Positions 1-12,800 of a DNA stretch of 64,000 bases are shown here, piece by piece. A program made the translations under genes and the position numbers. Each line of letters opens with the position of its first letter. The first letter of the stretch is position 1. The DNA is from Oopsacas minuta. Taxonomy: Eukaryota > Animalia > Porifera. The stretch spans positions 304,159 through 368,158 of the forward strand of contig JAKMXF010000318.1 in assembly GCA_024704765.1 (NCBI GenBank). Direction: 5' to 3'. Below the pieces are notes generated by a model. That model ran no database searches. It saw nothing but the letters and a program-made list of their open reading frames with translations, and was not told the DNA's origin.

Positions 1-1384
1 GAGGAATGCGGATATTTACAACAATTTCTTGTAAGAGTGTGGCATAAGTTCGCATAAATTGCTTAATTTCAGTCTCATATTTAACTACTAGTACATCTGA
101 GTTATCAAACACTAAATAAGCAAGTCTAGCTAGGGATATAGTATGTGCAGACAATAGTCTTATAGCTGAGCAGGGTGTACATACTAGTATATCAGCTCCA
201 GAGCCTAGACAGTCAACAGCTGATGCTTCATGTCCCTGATAAGCTAGAGCACACAAATTCACCTTACTTTGATCTTTCCAGGATATAATATTCCTACACA
301 CCATATGTACGTACTCTGCTTCTCTAGCGGAACCGCAGAATACTAGGATAAGAGGGCCGCTCTGAGCTTGGAGATGTTCGTAACACTCATCAGTGAATAA
401 ATATCGATGTAGGAGAGGAAGGATATAAGATAGAGTCTTACCTGACTGAGTAGGAGAGATACACAATAGGTCTCTACCAGATAGGATAGCAGGCCATGCA
501 TGAGCTTGTACTAGGGTAGGACCAGGGAAAGATAGAGATTTTAAGCGGGTATTAAATATATCAGAGAAGCACTGGGAAGCAGCTAGCACCATGGGGGGTA
601 TACTGTCTCCTTGAAGGAAAGATTGTGGATGATATGAACTGTGATAAGCTTTGAATGCTGATACTTGTGATTGAGTAGAAATAGCTGTAGATTTACTTAG
701 CTCACTCCTCCTCTCTTGTGTAGTTACTGACTCCTCATCTGTGCGTTCTAGGAGAGAAGGGAAGCCTGTGTACTCCTCTGCTAGCCCTGATGATATCAAT
801 TCTGATCCAATCAGCTGGTTGCTATTCGTATGGTAGCAGGATACAAATGCTACTGAACCAACATAACCTTTGATCTCTGCTCTGAACTCCAGTTTATTAG
901 AATGAGATATACCAAGTTGTTCGTCTATCTTATAACCCCATTGCTCACGTAGGAGAGAAGATGACTCAAACTTCTCAGCTGTTCTTATACCGAACATACC
1001 GTATCTCTTAGCTAGAGGCTTACAGTCCAGGAATAGGGCTGGCATCGCTAAGATCTGCTCCATCCCGATAGTCCGTGTTACTCCAAAGTCTATAAAGAAC
1101 ACTTCTATAAGATAATCTAGTTTACGTCTCAATCTCCTGCCGCATTGACCTCTAGCCCAGATATAATCTAGCATAGCTATGCAGTAGTCATTTCTGTGTG
1201 TAATGTCAATCAGTTCAGCTTCTGGTGACATAGCATACTCAGTTATTCGTTCTGTTATGTCATCTTGTAACGATAATGTACTGTGACCCCCACTGGTACT
1301 GCTCTCTAGAGCCCAGAATAGACTGGGATATGTGAAATGTAGAGGTATAAGCTCTAGAGTATCTGATTCTGAATTATCTGCCAT
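1..1384 (-). CDS. TDRD12: Tudor domain + DEAD-box-like helicase, TDRD12-like (piRNA pathway); 3' end runs off the window
   Basis: Hand-translated open frame from ATG 1384 to base 1; absent from the ORF track, probably because no stop is reached. N-terminal Tudor-like segment (WARGQC...EVFFIDFG), then helicase motifs Q/I (VQAHAWPAILSGRDLLCISPTQSGKT), GPLILVFCGSARE, GADILVCTP and a degenerate motif II (LVFDNSD). Confidence 0.75.
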   Translation of the reverse strand, partial: MADNSESDTLELIPLHFTYPSLFWALESSTSGGHSTLSLQDDITERITEYAMSPEAELIDITHRNDYCIAMLDYIWARGQCGRRLRRKLDYLIEVFFIDFGVTRTIGMEQILAMPALFLDCKPLAKRYGMFGIRTAEKFESSSLLREQWGYKIDEQLGISHSNKLEFRAEIKGYVGSVAFVSCYHTNSNQLIGSELISSGLAEEYTGFPSLLERTDEESVTTQERRSELSKSTAISTQSQVSAFKAYHSSYHPQSFLQGDSIPPMVLAASQCFSDIFNTRLKSLSFPGPTLVQAHAWPAILSGRDLLCISPTQSGKTLSYILPLLHRYLFTDECYEHLQAQSGPLILVFCGSAREAEYVHMVCRNIISWKDQSKVNLCALAYQGHEASAVDCLGSGADILVCTPCSAIRLLSAHTISLARLAYLVFDNSDVLVVKYETEIKQFMRTYATLLQEIVVNIRIP

Positions 1385-1617
1385 CTAACAAGTATCAGTT
1401 ATGAAACAAATGTTAAATTCGTCCGATTTATTTCCAAATCTCTGCTTTAATAATCAAATAATTCGACAAACAAATACTATGTAACTGATTAGATTACAAA
1501 TTTACAATATTCCAAAAGTGTTTATAAGTCAGTACAATTGCCAGATGAGGCTACATTACAACAAGATCAGAGACCTAACTTAGGATACAATTCAGAACAC
1601 AGTGCGCCTCACTGTAC

Positions 1618-2637
1618 TTAGAACATTTTTTGGGGATACATAGTGACAGGAGTAGGACTATCCAGGTAGTCTGGTTTGGAGGTTGTATCAAACTCACCCA
1701 CTGACTGTTGTGACAGGTTCGACAAGGGCATGTCAGTATCCATCATTGAAATAGCGTTAGATTTAGAATCGATTTTCCCTGCTAAAGAAATGTCCTCATC
1801 TTCTTGAGAAGAGAAAGATCCCATCAGCAATGTCCATTCAGAGAGCTTTCTATCTTGATTGTTAGGCAGATTGGCTAAGTTTCTGGGTTGCAATGGCATG
1901 TTCCTCTTCTCCGGGAGAGAGGGGGCTATAGGCTGAGGAACAGGCTCTGTATTCTTGAAAAATTGTGAATATATTTCGTGTGGGATATTTCGCTTGATAG
2001 TAGCGTGTAGGTCTCGTTTTATGAGAGCTAAGGTGTTAGATCGTTTCAAATAGTCCTGAGGGCTAATACTATGTAACAAATTATGTTCTATCTCTTTGAA
2101 GGGAATATCATTATTACTGGTTTGTTGAGAATCTTTGTCTTGCTTAGTTGAATGGCAATTGGATTCTGTAGGTTTGTGTCTTAGTGCAGACTTCTGGTTA
2201 TCAGACTCTGGTGTAGTTAGTTTCGATATGTCCATCATTGTATGTTCTTGGTTCTGAAATGACTGGTCAAGGGATTGCTGACTGTTTTGATTTATTACAC
2301 GAGTTATCATGGAGCTGTCTTCCTGATCCATCATTGAATTGTCCTGCTGAGCTGTGAGAGGTCCTCTGGAAACTGTTTTTGACACCTTAGCCATGTTGAA
2401 TATACCGGCTTGTGTCGTGATCCTGTTCCTAGTGATCATAGTCGGTTTATCTGTCTGTTGAATAGGATTAGGCTTAGGCAAGGTATTGCCTATGTCTGTC
2501 AGCAGACGTGAATTCTTATTCCCAGTAGTAGCTCTCTCTGATTCTTTAACAATTGGAAACTTTGTTGATTTCTTAGGTAGAGGTCTCACCTTACGTTGTG
2601 GTTTCAAAAATATACTATTTTTATTAATGACAGACAT
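1618..2637 (-). CDS. Hypothetical S/Q/N/D-rich, probably disordered protein (~339 aa)
   Basis: 1-kb ORF. The track start at 2643 is GTG; the first ATG is at 2637. No recognisable domain. Confidence 0.55.
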   Translation of the reverse strand: MSVINKNSIFLKPQRKVRPLPKKSTKFPIVKESERATTGNKNSRLLTDIGNTLPKPNPIQQTDKPTMITRNRITTQAGIFNMAKVSKTVSRGPLTAQQDNSMMDQEDSSMITRVINQNSQQSLDQSFQNQEHTMMDISKLTTPESDNQKSALRHKPTESNCHSTKQDKDSQQTSNNDIPFKEIEHNLLHSISPQDYLKRSNTLALIKRDLHATIKRNIPHEIYSQFFKNTEPVPQPIAPSLPEKRNMPLQPRNLANLPNNQDRKLSEWTLLMGSFSSQEDEDISLAGKIDSKSNAISMMDTDMPLSNLSQQSVGEFDTTSKPDYLDSPTPVTMYPQKMF

Positions 2638-2789
2638 AGACACTATTCGACATAATTATCCTTGGTTTAGTTAACAAATTGTGTAGACAATCGAGGCTTA
2701 TATAATTGAGAAATAATAAAATAATGAATACATATTATTTTAGTGCGGGAATTATTGAATGACTGATATTTACTGAATAGCTACTGAAT

Positions 2790-3770
2790 ATGGATTCTAA
2801 TAAAAGCATGGAAGTTATAGACATAACTCAGCCCAGATGGAAACAAAACACATTTCTGGGACGTTTCAAACACTTCACAGAGCTTACTCATCCTAAACAC
2901 ATGTTCCATTCCTCTAATAGACTCAATAAGGCTGACAAGATAATATCTGGTTATAAATCTGGAGAAGATAACTCTCTACAAAAGCTAAGTATCAAAGAAC
3001 AATGGAGAATAAAATACATTTATGACAGTGCTTTCCATCCAGACACAGGCGATAAGATGTTACTTCCATTCCGTATGTGTGCACAGATTCCCTCAGCTAT
3101 TTTAATAGTATCGGGCATACTCACGTATCACCATACACTGAGTGGAGTATTATTCTGGCAATGGTTCAATCAATCATATTGCGCTACACTTAACTTTACA
3201 AACAGAAACGCTACTTCTAAAGTAACAAATAAACATATCCTTATGGCATATACCTCTGCTACTACCGGGGCAGTAGCTGTATCAGTATTACTGAATAGGA
3301 TGGTTACTACTACTCATTCTCTATCTGGTAGACTGGTACCTTTTCTAGCTATAACTATGGCTAATGCTATTAATATACCTCTCATGAGGCAGAATGAGCT
3401 AAAGGATGGAGTTACTGTTTCTACTGAAGGAGGAGAGAGTTGTGGGAGTTCTAGGCGAGCTGCAGCTGTTGGAATATTTCAAACTCTCCTCGGTCGATTA
3501 GTATTTGCAGGTCCCTCGTTCATATTCTCTCCTATAATATATACACGACTTATACGTCACTTCCCTATTCTACACGCAAGCAAATCTCTGTCAATTATAA
3601 TACAAGGACTCCTGACAGGACTTCTATACATACCCTCTATTCCATTAGGATGTAGTTTGTTCCCCCAGAGATCTCACTTATCAGTAAACTCATTAGAACA
3701 TAATGTCAAGCAGTGTGTACAGCGTAAACACCCTAATGCTAAATATGTTTATTTCAATAAGGGCTTATAG
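2790..3770 (+). CDS. SFXN1: Sideroflexin (mitochondrial inner-membrane transporter, SFXN1/3-like)
   Basis: PRWKQNTFLGRFKHF, HPDTGDK, WQWFNQS, NIPLMRQNELKDG and C-terminal YFNKGL are sideroflexin signatures; intronless. Confidence 0.92.
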   Translation: MDSNKSMEVIDITQPRWKQNTFLGRFKHFTELTHPKHMFHSSNRLNKADKIISGYKSGEDNSLQKLSIKEQWRIKYIYDSAFHPDTGDKMLLPFRMCAQIPSAILIVSGILTYHHTLSGVLFWQWFNQSYCATLNFTNRNATSKVTNKHILMAYTSATTGAVAVSVLLNRMVTTTHSLSGRLVPFLAITMANAINIPLMRQNELKDGVTVSTEGGESCGSSRRAAAVGIFQTLLGRLVFAGPSFIFSPIIYTRLIRHFPILHASKSLSIIIQGLLTGLLYIPSIPLGCSLFPQRSHLSVNSLEHNVKQCVQRKHPNAKYVYFNKGL

Positions 3771-3862
3771 TGTTGGGTAGAATAATTCATTCAAATCTAA
3801 TTATCTAATTGATAAATATATTACTGTTATATCTCTAAATTAATTCACGAGTTATACGAATA

Positions 3863-6800
3863 ATGTCAGTTCCAGCTGATTCTGATCGTGTATGTACTAC
3901 CTTCCCGAAGGTTAAGGAGGTAAGGGCCTATATCAAGGACTCCGAGAAGGGAGGACAAGTTGGACAAGGAGGGGATTGTCATGATGTACCCACGGGACAC
4001 TGGATAGGCGGGAGTGCTCCCCACATGCCAATCGCTAACCCTATGTCTGGATACGAGATGTACGAGGACGACCGGAATTCTTGGGGTATCGGAGCTCTAG
4101 GCAGTCTGGTAGTTGAGGTAGAGACGACAGAGGGGGACAAGGGGGTGGGGGTGAGTCTAGGGGGAGAGGCAGGGTGCTATATCGTAGAGAAACACCTCTC
4201 AAGGTTCGTAGAAGGACAGAACCCAGCTGATATTGAGCTCATGTGGGATCAAATGTATAAATCTACTATCAATTATGGAAGAAAAGGATTACCATTACAA
4301 GCTATTAGTGCTGTGGATTTAGCTTTGTGGGATCTGTTAGGACATTTGAGGAGAGAGCCTGTCTATCAGATGCTGGGGGGCAGAACCAAGCCTTATCTAC
4401 CTGTATACTCTACTACATGTGATGCTCTACAGGCTAAGAAGTTTGGGTTCGTTGGTGCTAAGATAGGATGTCCTTACGGTCCTAGTGCAGGGGGGGAGGG
4501 GCTGAAGAAGAACGTAGAAATGTTCAAAAATACTAGGAAGCAGGTTAAGTAATAATATCTATTGGTTATATACTCCTGGATTGAATGCTGTAATACAGGT
4601 AGGAGATGAATTCCCTTTGATGCTTGACTGCTACATGGCTCTAACACTATCATACTCTATACAGCTAGCTAGAGAACTTAAGGATCTTAAGTTCAAGTGG
4701 ATAGAGGAAGCATTACCCCCTGATGATTATCAGGGATACAGAGAACTTACTAGTGTTTGCAGGTAAGATAAATACTTGTCATAAATTTGATTGTATATAT
4801 AAGTGTCAATCAATAACATACGATAGAGATAGCTCAGTGTTTGTGTTCTCTGGATAGGAGAGATACACCCTTGATTAGCGTGTGGTCTGCTACTTCATCT
4901 TGATAACTAGCTGTTGTTAGTACTGTAGCTGTTACAGGGAGAATCAATGTATTGATTTCTGAGATAATCTCTAAATTGTGTTCCACATGTCCTTGTCCTA
5001 TCTCTCCCATAACTCCCACAGGTACTGCATACACTTCTATCTGGAATGAAGAACTCATACCAGCAGCAATTGGATGTGGAGTGTATATGATCTTTATACC
5101 GGTAGAAGGAGGAGGTGGCTTAATCTTATATCTATAATAAATACTAAATAACTTAGCTATCAGATAGCTATATAGTCAATACCTTGTACTTCTTATTCCA
5201 GTATTCTTTATGATTACTGTGTAAGAATAATTGCATCCTTCCTCCAGCATTCCAAAGTCTACTTCTGTCTCTAGGAGACTGATCCCCTGCTTCAGATTCT
5301 TGGAGAGGGGCATAGATAGAGAGGCAGTGTTTAGTTGCCTCTTGGTCTCATCTATGCACTCTCTATCTCCAGGTCTCAATGTCTATAATAATAATAATAA
5401 GCAATAATGTTATAGCAGCTCACGATCTGGTTCGTGACTATTGTATCTATGGTTTTTTGTTTAAATTGCAATAGAGTCACGAGAAATTACATTATTCATT
5501 AAGTTCACAAGCCTGAGAGTCTTGTGATAGTATTTAAATGCTTCTAATTATGAATTACGTAATGGTAATATACAAGGAATGCTAAATTGACTAAAATAGT
5601 TATAGGGATTGGTAACCGAGTTCGTTAGGTATATATTCGAGAATTCAGTAATATGCACACCAAACTGATTCAATGGAAGTTATCTCTGTTCCTTTATCTA
5701 CCCCCTCAAACTCTGAGAAAGAGTTTAGGAAGATGGATGAAGATCCAGATTCTGCTCCCGAGCTAGTCAAAGAAACTTACAGAAAGATGCACACTTTCCA
5801 GACCGTTGAGTTTGGGAAGAAAATGCGAGAGAAGTGGGGCAAATACAATTACTGTGAAATGACAGTTATGGAAGCACTGGACACATTGAATGAGTTGGTG
5901 GATGAGAGTGACCCTGACTTTGTAGGACTGCCCAATAACTACCATGCATTCCAGACGGCAGAACTGTTGCGTAGATACAACCCAGATTTAGATTGGTTAC
6001 ATGTAGTAGGACTTATACATGACATGGGTAAGGTGATAGGACTAGTGGATCCTGATACAGAGCAGTGGGCACTTGTAGGGGACACATTTCCTGTAGGGTG
6101 TGAACCTCAGAAATCTGTGGTATTTCAGAATCTAGGATTTCCTGAAAATCCTGACACCAAAGATCCTCGTTACAACACTAAGCTAGGAATGTATCAAGAG
6201 AACTGCGGACTAGATAACGTAATGATGTCATGGGGACATGATGAATACTTGTACAGAGTACTCAAGAACCATGTTAATATGAAACTACCAGATGAAGCTC
6301 TGTTCATTATCAGGTACCATTCATTTTATCCGCTACACCATCGAGATGATTATCAGTATCTACTCAGTGATGCTGACAAAGATAAGATAAAGTTGGTTAA
6401 ATTATTCCAAAAATTTGATCTATACAGTAAGGAAAAAGATGCTATCCCAGAGGTAGATCAGCTGAAGGATTATTACCAGAAGCTCATAGACAAATATGTC
6501 CCTGGTAAGATAAAGTTCTGACTAGCTTATCTCTCTCTTACTAGCTTATATCCTCGCTAGCTAACTTATTTATTATTCACGAATATCATACGTAATGTTA
6601 GTTACTTTAGTATTTACCTTTAGAGAGTTGGGTAGTTTAACTGGTGCTGTTCTGGGAATTCCTGCTACGTTATAGAATAAATACTCAGGTATAGGGTTAG
6701 CCGTATCCTCAGCTCCTGCTGCTACTGGTGTAGCTTTATTAGGACGGTCTGTATCTGTATCTATTGGCGGTAGCTTAGAGGGAGAGAACACAGGACTCTC

Positions 6801-9800
6801 CTCTGTAGTGACTATACTAGGATCAGCTGATGTAGATATATGAGGTGATGGGTTATCAGGACGATCTCTAGCTAGAGATACAGTAGATGTAGAGTTATCT
6901 GGGAGTAGAATAGTAGTGCTAGCATAACCTGGGACTAACTGTCCAGCTTCTTGAGATAGCTCTGATAGACGTGGGTTAATCAATCTCTCAGATTTAAGGA
7001 CAGGTTCAGGAGGGGTATTACCACGACCTCTACGCATTGCTATAGGGAGTTCATCTGTTAGACGCTGTATATCAGGGGGATTGTTCTGTAGAAATTTGTT
7101 ACCATCTTCGCTATAGAAATAACCAGGTATATCTTTTGTACGTAATGCTTGCAGGTTAGCTTGAAACTCTTCCAGCTCTGCTCTATCAGCTTCTACTCTC
7201 TCAGGCCTTCTCTCAGAGGATGCGTGTATTGTCTCCTGAGTAGGAGGTGATAGCACTAGGTCCTTGAACTCTTGTATCAGTTTATCATCATTATCTTCTG
7301 TGTGTATATTATATCTATTGAATATGTCAGTAGCTTGTTCTTGTACTGAGTCAGTTTTTATCTCTACAGGAGAGAAGGAGTCTCTCTCCTTATTTATTTC
7401 ATCCCACCAGGAATTAACTGCATTCAAGCTAGCTACAAAAGCACTCATCATTTCCTGCCCAATTGGTTTATGTTCTAACAACTCTCTGCGTCTAAAACCG
7501 CGAGGAACCTTCTTATTCTCTGTACGTCTAACAACAGTTCCTATATCCAGGCCACGACCCACCCCGCTACCAAATACCATATCTTTATCTTTCTCACATT
7601 TGTTTAAGCCTAGAGGGAAATAATACTGAGTCCTCAGGTTTATAGGTATAATGTCATCCTCTGTATAAGGGAGGTGTGTCAACTTGTGAGAGGGAGTGTT
7701 AATAGGACTAATAACGGAGTGTACAATAACAGTAGAGTCTCCAGGGAGAGCATGTGATTGTAACAACATCCCATCTTTAGCACGCCATCTCTCCAATTCC
7801 TTTCCTGAGTATTCCTTGCTGAGCAGTTCTATGCCAGATCCGTCTCTTGATAGCACAAACATTCTAGGGATAGGCTTGTTTGGTAATGATTCTTCTTTCT
7901 TACCTTTCTGTTTACACAAATAACTTTTGAATTCTTTGTTTATTGCATGAGTTCTCTCATTCTTAACAGTTATCCAGTCATCTCCACCTATCAGTTTCAT
8001 GTCAACTTGACTGACATTTGACAGGCTGACTGATGAGTTTCCATCTTGTGTGAAGTTACATAATACCTCCTCACTTGTAACAGAATATGTTCCTCTCCTA
8101 TCAGCTACTATATCATTTCCATCAAACAGTGTTATCACTGCTTGTCCCTCAGAAGGTGTTGAAAAGCACACTTTAGCATACCCTGTACACTCAATTTGTA
8201 TTTGTGAGTGTGTGTTGCTAGAAGTGAGTCGGGTTCCATCAGCAAACTGAACTATCCTAGTACCATCCTTCCTCAACACCGTGATCAGCTGATCCTCTCT
8301 ACTCACCAGCTCCTCTTCACTCACTGGGTCTCTCTGCCAGGATTTAAGGAGAGGATCTTTGTAGATAAAAGAACTAAATTTGTCAATCTTTTCAGTAGAT
8401 AATTCAACCTCTTGTCCTTCTTTACCATCTCCCATATCCCTTGTATCTTCACCCACCTCCTCTTGTCGTACCCATTTATACAATACCCTCTGTCCTTGTG
8501 TATCAGTATACATCCATTGCTTATCAGCTAGTGAGTATTCCGTATGATTAATCATGTGTGTAAGAGCTTGGGGAGGAGATAGGTTTGTTAGAGTAGATAG
8601 ATCAGGAGTATTCCTGCTTAATAACTCTAGTTCTCCTTCACAGAGAGAGCGAGCACTGGATCCGTCCGGCCGTAACAACTACAATAAATAATCAATCTAG
8701 CACTTACGTGACGTCATTATACATCTTACCTGCACGCTAGAATTCCTCATAAACCTTATAACTGTACCGTCTTCATAATAAGATCTACTGGCCTCTAGAG
8801 AGGCTGGGTAGAGTCTGAGCTTGTCACAGGGCTGGGAGGGGCAAGGGGGGTTAGGGTAGCATTGTGTTACACACAGAAACCCGTCTGATCCATCTCTGAT
8901 AGTGACATCACTCGACAAGTCTACCTATATTAATATTAAGTCTAATTTTAACTAAATCAATCAATCTATTAATATTTGTAACTCAATATAGCCTGAACTA
9001 CCAGTACTTATAGAACAATATATCATAGTGTATTAGTTATATGGCTATATCAAGTGCAGACAGTATACCTACTCTGTGTAGAGTACAAATAGGAGAGAAG
9101 ATAGGGGGATACAGGAAGGATTTGTTGATAGAGAATCTATCTGAGAGGGATGAGCTGTTCTTAGTGTGTTCCCGGTGTAGTGGAATACTCAGGGACGCGT
9201 GTACTGTAAGCAGTGGAGAACAGGTATGTGAGGATTGTATCGATGAGGATGAACAGTCTCTACCTAACTTGCAAGTTCGGAATACCGTTATACAACTGAA
9301 ATGCAGATGTCCGTTAAGTCAGAGTGGATGTGAGTGGTCTAACGAGATAAAACATTGTGAGTCACATCTACAAACCTGTCAGTTTGTGTACGTCAATTGT
9401 CAGTTCGGTTGTGACATAGTTATGACGCGTGCAGAGGAGCAGTCTCATTTGAAAGAGACCTGTGTACTACGTACAGTTAAGTGCGAGCACTGCGGAGTTG
9501 TGTGTGTGGCTGGGGAAATCAATGAACACTCTGGCGTATGTGAAGAGCTAATGGTGGATTGTGATTTGGGTTGTGGGGTGCGTGTAAAGAGAGAGTTCCT
9601 AGGAAAGCATTTACGGACAGAATGTGAAGAGGGTGAGGTTACTTGTCCTTATGAGAAGTACGGGTGTGATATTGGGGAGGTTACTAGGAAGGAACTTCGA
9701 CCACACTTGGAGGAGAAGAGAAACACACACACAGAACTCAGACTTAACTCAATGGAAGAGCAAATAAAGAATCAGAACTCACTAATTGAATATCTATCCA

Positions 9801-12800
9801 CTAAAGTAGCAGCTCTGGAGAATCACAACCAAATACTAGCTATGAAAACACAGGACAGGACTAATGTGTTAGTATGGGAGATACAGAACATGCATGCTAA
9901 TCTCACTTTCCAAACTATAATAATGAAAGCCCCTAGTTCCCCCGTGTTGAAGATATCCCGGTATGAAATGAGGTTCGGTTGGTGGGTGGAGGGGGATATC
10001 TTAACTGTAGATATATTCTCTGTACTGGGTAGGGATGATGGAGAATTGGAATGGCCATTCATAGCTAACTGTTGTATTCGATTAATATGTGATAGCGATC
10101 CAGTAAACAGATCTCTGGAGATTAAGAAGATGATACAGGTCAAAAGGAAGTCCCCATCTATTCTGAACATGCCTGGTACTAGGATAGCCTCAGTGAATAA
10201 AGCAATTGTACTCGCTCCTGGATTCATGCGGGCAGGAGTATTAAAGATAGAGATAAGACTAGACGGCCTTAACACTATTTAGATACTGTATTCACTATAT
10301 TTACTTTACTCGTTTACATATAAATACTACTATTATAATACCTTACCTTAGAAGAACATGTAACCTGGAGACCATACTCAGTAGAAGCGAATAGAGTTTG
10401 GTATTTGTTCTCTCTCTTGAATTTAAGTAGTTTCTCTTCTTTCAATCTCTCTATCTCTCTTCTCCGTCTATCCCTCTCCTCTGTCAGCTGACGGTGTTGT
10501 TCCACAGCCATCTGATCATCTGTCTTCTTGCCACGACCTCCCTTACCTCCTAGTTTAGATTCTGACGTCATAGGGGGCATGCCAGGAGAAGGTGTGCGAA
10601 TATGTTCCTCCTCTAACAGTCTTATCTCTTCGTCTTCTAGCATTTGTTTGGGGGGAGGTAGTCCTCCTAATTTACCATACGGACTGAGACTAAGCTTAAC
10701 TCCTGTAGGCAGACTAACTCTATAACTAGCATAGAGGATAGGAAGGATTGGTTCTAATACAGTAACAGGACTAATGACATCATCTGTATTATCTCTTGTT
10801 ATATTAGAAGCTTTGTTATCTAGCAGCAAGCTGATACCAGCTAGTACTCCTGATTCATGTGAGTACTGCATGGTAATAGAGCTGTGAGGTGTAGAGTAGA
10901 AAGCTCGTTGTTCTGAACTTATGAATTCACTCTCATTTAACTCTATCTTGCTACTACTTCCTCTTCCAGCATACCATTCATATCCTAAGTCATACCCCGT
11001 TAGTAGCAATAGCTTCTGTTCTATCTCAGACTTCTGAGCACTGAGTAGATCCTCTCTACTACCAGCGGTTTCTCCATCTCGTACACGCTCCACAGAGGAA
11101 CTACTGACTCTAGAACTCTTCAGTCGAGATGATCGTGATGTTCTAATCGTGTTCTTGCTGTGAGAAGATCCTCTCCCATCCTTGGATTTATCCTTTTCCC
11201 CCGAGGGAGTAGAGATCTGTGTTAAAGATACCTGTGACTGGTTAGGTGTCAAATCCTGAGTCTCCAACAACTTATCTCTCTCAAAACTATTCAGCTGCCA
11301 TATCCTATCAACCAGAGGGCTGATATCGGAATGTAAGAACCGTTGATATAGATAGAACCCTGTAGGTGTCAATAACCGCGCGTTCCATTCATTTCTCAAT
11401 GACAATGGGTGGAATAGTATTAGCAACTTATCACTCTGTCTATGGTACTTAGTAACACATGTAGGATACCCTCTATCTGGTGACAGGGCTGTCTGTATTC
11501 TCTGATAGATGACGTCACGTGTTAACGGCTCTGACCACTGCATATTAGCTATGACAGGTGTCAAGCTGTCAACAGACTCTTGTCTATTTGTATCAGGGTA
11601 AGGATCATCAAATAGTTGTTGAGAAGGTGAGTGTACCATCTCTGCAAAGGATAGCATTATGAGTAGAGATTGTAACTGATTATGAGATAGAGGAGGAACA
11701 GACTTAGAGGATAATCTTAGTAGTTGTTGGTAACGAGCATCCACACGGGATCTATCGTCTTGTTGTAGTTGGGGGAATTTCTTTAAGAGTTGAGCTGCTT
11801 TATAATTATCTAACATCTGCCTCTCTACACCTCTCTTGTCTAGTGCATGAGCTGGAGCTTCTAAAATACTTTCTCTTTCACAGATATGATCTCCTTCGTA
11901 TATGACCGGATATCTTATCGTCTTTTCTGATACGTATTTGGAACCTATAATTCTATATAAATCCTACTCACTAGCTCCACTTACTACACCAATTTACCTA
12001 TATTAGGTTTCTGTTTGATTCTATTCAAACTCTCCTGCAATCCTGTACTCTTACTGTCTCCTATATCTGTACTGGGTACTTGTGTAACATCACTCACGCA
12101 CACCTGCTGTAACATAGCATCCATGAGTATATCCACAGAGGAGCACTGGTTAGGAACCCCGTGTAATTGCTCTCTGTACAACAATCCTGGTGTATCTATA
12201 AGATAATATTAATTCAATACTATCTACAGTAGTATAAATATTCTAATTACTTTTGCTAGTGACTCTATTGCTTGTGACGTCAGCTAGAGAGAGGGAGTCT
12301 AAATACTGTTTGTGTAGTCTCTTCTGTTCTATCAGCTGATAGATATGATTAGCTACTTGATCGTATAATGTTTGTACTCTGTCTTGTTCAGGATCTACTG
12401 TGTAATCTACTATAACTAATCCTGTATCTCTCACACCAGATTCTCTAGCTGTATCTAATACTCTATCTGTAGTATTCCAGAACTCTTTAATACTCTCATC
12501 TTTATATACAGATAGTATAAATATATGTCTATTGATACTATCGTATATTAATATACCTGATTTATTCCTCTTTTCTCTCTCTTCTTCTTCAAATTCTCCT
12601 TGCTCCACCCCTCTCTCTCCTCCACTCACCCTCATTAGACAACCGGGTGGTACACCTATTCGTCCCATCTCTGATATGACGTCAGCATTCTTCACTCCAC
12701 TCAGTAACAAATAAGCTTCAGGTCCTTGAGAAGGTTCATCTTCTATAAATACGATCTCTCCTACTTCCTCCCCTCTCTTCCTCAAGATACTCTCAGGCTT

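Noticed and set aside
7264-8402. Plus-strand ORFs opposite SPAG17, and similar short antisense ORFs opposite DD3-3, cadherin, POLR3B, HECTD4, cpRAS and the WD40 gene
   Set aside because: Shadow ORFs of real CDSs with no recognisable motifs.
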